From IMG/VR virus record IMGVR_UViG_3300009093_000038: a DNA stretch of 20,000 bases, one strand, 5' to 3'. The stretch's first letter is position 1. The number at the start of each line of letters is the position of its first letter. Below the pieces are notes generated by a model that saw nothing but the letters and a program-made list of their open reading frames with translations, made no database searches and was not told the DNA's origin. A program made the translations under genes and the position numbers. The DNA is from an uncultured virus (IMG/VR IMGVR_UViG_3300009093_000038) (Duplodnaviria; Heunggongvirae; Uroviricota; Caudoviricetes). Positions 15,901-20,000 of the stretch are shown here, one piece after another.

Positions 15901-16287
15901 ATGCAATATCGTTACGGCGCAAGCTTAAGATTAGTGGCTCCGACCGGGCGCGTGGTGCCCGGCCAGTTGGGTGATTGGAATGACGGCGACCCCATCATCC
16001 ATGTGCCCAGTTACCAGATCGAAGCGCCATTAGGCATCCTCGCCGAGGAGGGTTGGGAAATCCCGAGCCTGGAACCGGAAGGAGTGGCCAGCTACGCCGC
16101 CGAGGCCGCCGAGATCGTCAATACCATTCTCTCGGAAGATGAACCGCCTGTGCAGGCCGCCCGGCCTCAAGAGCGGGCTGTGGGTCGTGATGTCCCGAAA
16201 TCGAAATCTCGCCCTCACTGCCGGGCCTGTGGCTCGTTCGCGCATACGGAGGACAACTGCCCGATGCAGGGCATGTCCGTAGTCTAA
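15901..16287 (+). CDS. Hypothetical protein with C-terminal CCHC zinc knuckle (128 aa)
   Basis: ATG 15901 (MQYRYG); CRACGSFAHTEDNC = C-x2-C-x4-H-x4-C. Confidence 0.7.
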   Translation: MQYRYGASLRLVAPTGRVVPGQLGDWNDGDPIIHVPSYQIEAPLGILAEEGWEIPSLEPEGVASYAAEAAEIVNTILSEDEPPVQAARPQERAVGRDVPKSKSRPHCRACGSFAHTEDNCPMQGMSVV

Positions 16288-16587
16288 TTACTTGAACAGC
16301 TTCTTGTTCAAGTTCATCAGGCTGCCTTCAGGAATGTTTTTATCGGGTGGACCCCCGCGCCGCCTGGATGCCTTCGCTTTGGCTTGAATCTTCAGACACT
16401 GCCAGGCCGTGAGGATCGGACCCATGCCGCAGATGTGAGGAGACTTCGCCGCGCCAAGATCGCCGATCATCTGGCCGTAGTCGAGATGGGCGGGATTGCC
16501 GAAGTAGTAGCGCCAGGAGAGCACCCAAGCTGCACATCCGAAAAGCCGCAGGCCGATTCCCTTTTTCGGATTTTCTTGTGCTGTCAT
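16288..16587 (-). CDS. Hypothetical protein (99 aa)
   Basis: ATGA overlap upstream; stop abuts convergent stop. Confidence 0.6.
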   Translation of the reverse strand: MTAQENPKKGIGLRLFGCAAWVLSWRYYFGNPAHLDYGQMIGDLGAAKSPHICGMGPILTAWQCLKIQAKAKASRRRGGPPDKNIPEGSLMNLNKKLFK

Positions 16588-17195
16588 TCGCCCAGGATTT
16601 CGTCGATAGCGTCGAGATGGCCTTGAATCTTGCTGCGCGCCTCGCGGAACTTTTCCAGGATGACCTGGTCTTTGCTCCGGCGATACATCAGCGCCATCAT
16701 AGCTAAATACGACAGTTCAGGTGAGTTGCAGACCTTGCGGGCAAAAGCTTCGAATTGATTCAGGGCGTCGGCGCGTTTGGGAGTGGGCGTTGGGCCGTGC
16801 GCTTGCTCGAACCCATTGGCAACCTTCTCACGGCTTTCGGCTAAATTAAGAGTCGGCTGGCTGTCCGTGGACGACGCTCGGTTCCTCAACCCGTTCGTCC
16901 ATGAAGTGGGCCAGCCGATATTTGCAGAATCATTGTCTTTATTGGCCAGCCACCAGGTGGCGTCACTGATCCCACGCAGGGACGCGGTGATGTGGCCAGG
17001 GAGATCGCGCCTCCACTCCGTGAATTTAGTGGTGCGCGTTTTCGAGGCGAAACTTATTTGAGCTTCGCTGGCACCGACGAGAATGATAAACGAAGTTGTC
17101 GGAAAGGGCGGCGGATTAAGCTCGCTGACATCACACTTGACCAGGGGTTCGTGGGGTTCCGAAGTTGCCTTCAAAAGTGACTGCGTTGTATCCAT
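16584..17195 (-). CDS. Hypothetical protein (203 aa)
   Basis: Long ORF downstream of sigma70-like promoter. Confidence 0.7.
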   Translation of the reverse strand: MDTTQSLLKATSEPHEPLVKCDVSELNPPPFPTTSFIILVGASEAQISFASKTRTTKFTEWRRDLPGHITASLRGISDATWWLANKDNDSANIGWPTSWTNGLRNRASSTDSQPTLNLAESREKVANGFEQAHGPTPTPKRADALNQFEAFARKVCNSPELSYLAMMALMYRRSKDQVILEKFREARSKIQGHLDAIDEILGE

Positions 17196-17204
17196 ACTCG
17201 AAAA

Positions 17205-17233
17205 AGTTTACATTTTCTTCGTGGACCGCGCAA
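17205..17233 (-). promoter_or_regulatory. Sigma70-like promoter TTGCGC-N17-TAAACT
   Basis: -35 at 17228-17233, -10 at 17205-17210, 9 nt before ATG 17195. Confidence 0.5.
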
Positions 17234-17241
17234 CCCCAAAA

Positions 17242-17568
17242 TTAGTGATGGTGGCCGCCGAAATCGAAGCTGTTGGTGCCGTGATCGTGGTGCGGCATGT
17301 CGGGCATCGGCGTGTGATGCGACTGGTGCTCGATGGGAGGCGGTGGATCAGGAATGGGATTGTGCGAATGGTGCGGAGGCGGCTCCGTAGTCTGAGCCTG
17401 GTGCAGTGGACTCAGCGGGCTGGCCGGATTCAGCGGGCTAATCGGGTCTTCGAGACCGAGCAGATCGCGGGCGCGCTCTTTTTCACGAAACGGCGGCAGC
17501 TCTGCGCGAATGAATGGACGTGTGGGACGATACTTCTTTTTCTTACGGAACAAACTGAATGGCCACAT
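17242..17568 (-). CDS. Pro/His-rich low-complexity protein (108 aa)
   Basis: MWPFSLFRKKKK; PISPLNPASPLSPL; ends SFDFGGHHH. Confidence 0.7.
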   Translation of the reverse strand: MWPFSLFRKKKKYRPTRPFIRAELPPFREKERARDLLGLEDPISPLNPASPLSPLHQAQTTEPPPHHSHNPIPDPPPPIEHQSHHTPMPDMPHHDHGTNSFDFGGHHH

Positions 17569-17571
17569 AGA

Positions 17572-17835
17572 TTACCCTTTCGCAGTGAGGACAGTGTTGC
17601 CCTTTTTGATTTTTACCTTTCTCATTTTTAACTTCATCTCTATCGAGTTTCCGTTCAACGATACGCTACCTGAAGTCACTTTTGAACCCTTCTTTGTGGC
17701 TGCTTCCACCATGATCAATGTCGCGTCGAGAAACATTTTCGCAGTTCGTTTCGGAACGGTCGCGAACAGGGCCTCCAGGCAGGAGCCGTGGACCGGCCTT
17801 TCTTCGACGGCGGATTCAGCATTCACGGAGGACAT
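17572..17835 (-). CDS. Hypothetical protein (87 aa, MSSVNAES...)
   Basis: Start reassigned to ATG 17835 because upstream space is occupied by another ORF. Confidence 0.6.
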   Translation of the reverse strand: MSSVNAESAVEERPVHGSCLEALFATVPKRTAKMFLDATLIMVEAATKKGSKVTSGSVSLNGNSIEMKLKMRKVKIKKGNTVLTAKG

Positions 17836-18002
17836 TGGGTTGGTGGGTTTTGCGGTCTTCCCTTCTCGCGACCGCACATCTGGCAAAAATAGTAAGAGTA
17901 GCTGTCGCCGACCGACACCTTTCGCCAGTCGTGCTCCTTGCCGTCGCGGCAGGTGTCTTCGGTGGGCTGGTGAAGATTCTGGTCCTGGGGAGCGTCGCTC
18001 AT
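17823..18002 (-). CDS. Small C..H..CxxC zinc-finger-like protein (59 aa, not in ORF track)
   Basis: MSDAPQDQNLHQPTEDTCRDGKEHDWRKVSVGDSYSYYFCQMCGREKGRPQNPPTQCPP; ATGA overlap at 17999-18002. Confidence 0.6.
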   Translation of the reverse strand: MSDAPQDQNLHQPTEDTCRDGKEHDWRKVSVGDSYSYYFCQMCGREKGRPQNPPTQCPP

Positions 18003-18157
18003 TTGGCGGCCTTGGGTTCGAATTTAACGCGCAGATCATCACGAAATCGACCACACCATTGGCAGGTGCTGCCTTGCCACCGATGGCGACTTCCCACCTG
18101 TTTGCCGGTGCGCGGATTGCGACCGTAACAGGGCCGTAGATGATAAATCGTCTTCAT
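17999..18157 (-). CDS. Small C..H..CxxC zinc-finger-like protein (52 aa)
   Basis: MKTIYHLRPC...HRWQGSTCQWCGR; ATG 18157 lies 7 nt after a -10-like box. Confidence 0.6.
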   Translation of the reverse strand: MKTIYHLRPCYGRNPRTGKQVGSRHRWQGSTCQWCGRFRDDLRVKFEPKAAK

Positions 18158-18164
18158 CCCAGTA

Positions 18165-18206
18165 AGCTTGTCCCGATGACCGACTTTTGTAAACAATCTT
18201 GTTTAC
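18165..18206 (-). promoter_or_regulatory. Sigma70-like promoter TTTACA-N17-CAAGCT overlapped by inverted repeat GTAAACAA-TC-TTGTTTAC
   Basis: -35 at 18188-18193, -10 at 18165-18170; IR at 18189-18206. Confidence 0.55.
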
Positions 18207-18460
18207 TTAGTCTCAGTCTTGTCTTCGTCAGGCTTGATCTCGTCAAACTTGTACTTCTTTGCCAGCTCTGGCAGCTCATCGGTGATCAGGCCGTGGAGAG
18301 CGATGAAGTGACGAGGAACGATAAACTGACGATCACCCACACGGACGACCGTGGTCGGCCCCAGGCGGGAGATTTGTTCTTCGACGTAGAAACGTTTTTG
18401 CGGATCGGAATAATGGAGCGGTTTTCCGCACGCGCACAACTCCATGTCATTTAAGGGCAT
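18203..18460 (-). CDS. Hypothetical phage protein (85 aa)
   Basis: CACGKPLHY...VPRHFIALHGL. Confidence 0.75.
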   Translation of the reverse strand: MPLNDMELCACGKPLHYSDPQKRFYVEEQISRLGPTTVVRVGDRQFIVPRHFIALHGLITDELPELAKKYKFDEIKPDEDKTETK

Positions 18461-18729
18461 TCGAAAATATCTTTCGGTAAAAATCCCGCCTTACCGAGAC
18501 CGCGTGGTTCCACCAGGATGCCGATGATGCGATGTTTCTTTCCACAACCTCCACAGATGAATGTGAAGGTATCGGTTACGTCCGTGTGGACCGTGTATTC
18601 GGTCCCTATCGGGATACTGTCATCAAGAACGGAAAAGCCGCAGGGGCAGATGCTGAGCTTCTTTAGTTTGACTTTGGTGATGGTTTCAAAGGCCATAAAG
18701 AATCTCAGTCCTTCAGCGGTTGCGCTCAT
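18451..18729 (-). CDS. Zinc-binding-like protein (92 aa)
   Basis: CPCG...CGGCG. Confidence 0.7.
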   Translation of the reverse strand: MSATAEGLRFFMAFETITKVKLKKLSICPCGFSVLDDSIPIGTEYTVHTDVTDTFTFICGGCGKKHRIIGILVEPRGLGKAGFLPKDIFECP

Positions 18730-19070
18730 GGGGTTTGAGCTTCGACCGGCACGGATACTGATGACTTACCGGTGGAAATCGTATCGGTGTAGGAAGCTTT
18801 GCTATTCCGCCCGTCCACAATGTAAACGTAGTGCCCGTTGTCAGAGAACCGGTAAACCTTCATTCCACTGATGGTGAACAAGAACTGCACGTCATAGTTG
18901 CTCGCAGGCATCGAGACCTGGGTGGCGACGGGCGGGGTCACTTTGACCGGCACGCCCTGGTGAGTTTTCTTTAGGAAACCAGCGGCCATCGCGGCCAGGA
19001 TGGCTATGATAGCGATCAGGACCAGGACCTCAACCAGCGTCAGCCCTTGGGTTCTTTTGTAGTGAGCCAT
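18726..19070 (-). CDS. Prepilin-type N-terminal cleavage/methylation protein with DUF4884-like C-terminal domain (114 aa)
   Basis: MAHYKRTQG|LTLVEVLVLIAIIAILAAM (class III signal, E at +5); YDVQFLFTISGMKVYRFSDNGHYVY. Confidence 0.8.
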   Translation of the reverse strand: MAHYKRTQGLTLVEVLVLIAIIAILAAMAAGFLKKTHQGVPVKVTPPVATQVSMPASNYDVQFLFTISGMKVYRFSDNGHYVYIVDGRNSKASYTDTISTGKSSVSVPVEAQTP

Positions 19071-19342
19071 TTTATGTCCTTGTAGGTGATTTCGTAAATG
19101 TGATCGCGCTCGATCACCTTGACCTTTGGGTCGATGGTCGCAATCGCGACAGGTTGGTTCGCCTTCAGAAATAGGATCAGCGTGGCAGAGGGAGCGAACG
19201 CAAGCCGCACGGTGCCGCCCTCCTTCTTCGGCCAGATGATTCCGCGCATCCGGTAATGGATGATGGTCTCCGGCCACGCCAGGGAGGCGCGGTTGGCGTT
19301 GGCGTAAAAAGTCGGCGGCCCGTTTCTTTCAGCGATTGGCAT
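19040..19342 (-). CDS. Hypothetical protein (100 aa)
   Basis: TAATG overlap with upstream gene. Confidence 0.65.
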   Translation of the reverse strand: MPIAERNGPPTFYANANRASLAWPETIIHYRMRGIIWPKKEGGTVRLAFAPSATLILFLKANQPVAIATIDPKVKVIERDHIYEITYKDIKWLTTKEPKG

Positions 19343-19578
19343 TAGTGGTCCCTCGTAATCGACGTATCAGCAGCGGGCACCTGCGCTAATGGGTCGGTCG
19401 CCGTGATCGTCACCACGTCCACGTTCTGCACTCGGCTGACTTCGACTTTAGCAGGGTAGGCCGTGAACGCGCCGGGCATGTCGAACACGGCGGTCGGAAT
19501 AATGACAATGTGATCGGGGCAGGCCAGGAGTTCCTTCGCAATCTGGTGGGCTGTTTTGAATTTGGATAAATCAATCAT
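19342..19578 (-). CDS. Hypothetical protein (78 aa)
   Basis: Tightly packed ORF. Confidence 0.7.
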   Translation of the reverse strand: MIDLSKFKTAHQIAKELLACPDHIVIIPTAVFDMPGAFTAYPAKVEVSRVQNVDVVTITATDPLAQVPAADTSITRDH

Positions 19579-19579
19579 G

Positions 19580-19855
19580 TTAATTTTTCTTGGCGGTTAG
19601 GAGCGGGCACCAATCCGGCTGCGGTACGTCCTTAGTTTGGTAAGGACGTACCGAGCCTGCGATGCGGCGGTACGGGCTGCGGTCGGCCAGGTACTTCGCT
19701 TCTGGGTCGGGCTTGGGGTTTTGGGTAATCGAGCACACCACCGCTTTGTCATCATCGCAGAACCAGTCATCCGGGTCTGGATCGTTGATAATGCGATGAT
19801 GCGGGCAGTTGATGCAAAGCACCGTGGTCTGAGCGCCTGTAACAGGATCAGTCAT
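19580..19855 (-). CDS. Cys-containing hypothetical phage protein (91 aa)
   Basis: ATG 19855; CINCPHH..DPDPDDWFCDDD..C...PDWCPL. Confidence 0.75.
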   Translation of the reverse strand: MTDPVTGAQTTVLCINCPHHRIINDPDPDDWFCDDDKAVVCSITQNPKPDPEAKYLADRSPYRRIAGSVRPYQTKDVPQPDWCPLLTAKKN

Positions 19856-19976
19856 GGCTTGAAGGTGCCGCCGCCTCGATAGGTAATCGCCAGCTTGGCC
19901 TGTTCGGCCAGAGGCTCCCAGTCGAGGATGGTGAATTCCTGCGGGGCCTTGCTCCGGTGAAGGGCGACGATCTGCG
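19852..19976 (-). CDS. C-terminal fragment of a hypothetical protein, truncated at the palindrome centre
   Basis: ...AQIVALHRSKAPQEFTILDWEPLAEQAKLAITYRGGGTFKP*, with ATGA overlap onto next gene. Confidence 0.45.
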
Positions 19977-20000
19977 CGCAGATCGTCGCCCTTCACCGGA
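19953..20000. repeat. Perfect 48-bp palindrome with no loop, reaching the window end
   Basis: TCCGGTGAAGGGCGACGATCTGCG|CGCAGATCGTCGCCCTTCACCGGA, centre 19976/19977. Confidence 0.95.

Noticed and set aside
19856..19996. N-terminal extension of the 19580 ORF (MKGDDLRADRR...)
   Set aside because: Starts inside the mirrored palindrome; ATG 19855 with ATGA overlap is the more plausible start
1..20000. Genome-wide TAG reassignment (genetic code 15/16-like)
   Set aside because: Long conserved genes have no internal TAG, and TAG sits at clean gene junctions (1296-1298, 4424-4426, 5710-5712); only one interrupted gene was found

Overview
Gene-dense window (about 45 mostly small ORFs, many with ATGA overlaps, frequent strand switches, almost no Shine-Dalgarno signals) that reads like part of a large (jumbo-type) dsDNA phage genome; a PVC-group (Verrucomicrobia/Planctomycetes-like) host is only inferred. 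Recognisable cargo: GDP-mannose 4,6-dehydratase + GDP-L-fucose synthase (gmd-fcl), a stand-alone RfaE domain II-type nucleotidyltransferase, three small-molecule/sugar SAM methyltransferases (FkbM-like, TylF-like, class I), a beta-class DNA methyltransferase, an XRE HTH protein, a prepilin-leader protein, a Tat-like-leader P-loop protein and many Zn-finger microproteins. Most notable: (1) a 463-aa protein built from four ~100-130 aa modules separated by a repeated (V/I)xE-acidic-WK(D/E)(I/V)T linker, suggestive of a protease-processed virion polyprotein; (2) three classes of short motifs placed directly before start codons (sigma70-like, GTTCT-N7/8-ATG, GTANWTA-RGGC-RTG), suggesting a leaderless multi-tier transcription programme; (3) a TylF-like gene intact except for one in-frame TAG; (4) a perfect 48-bp palindrome running to the window end. 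No rRNA, tRNA, CRISPR array or transposase was recognised.
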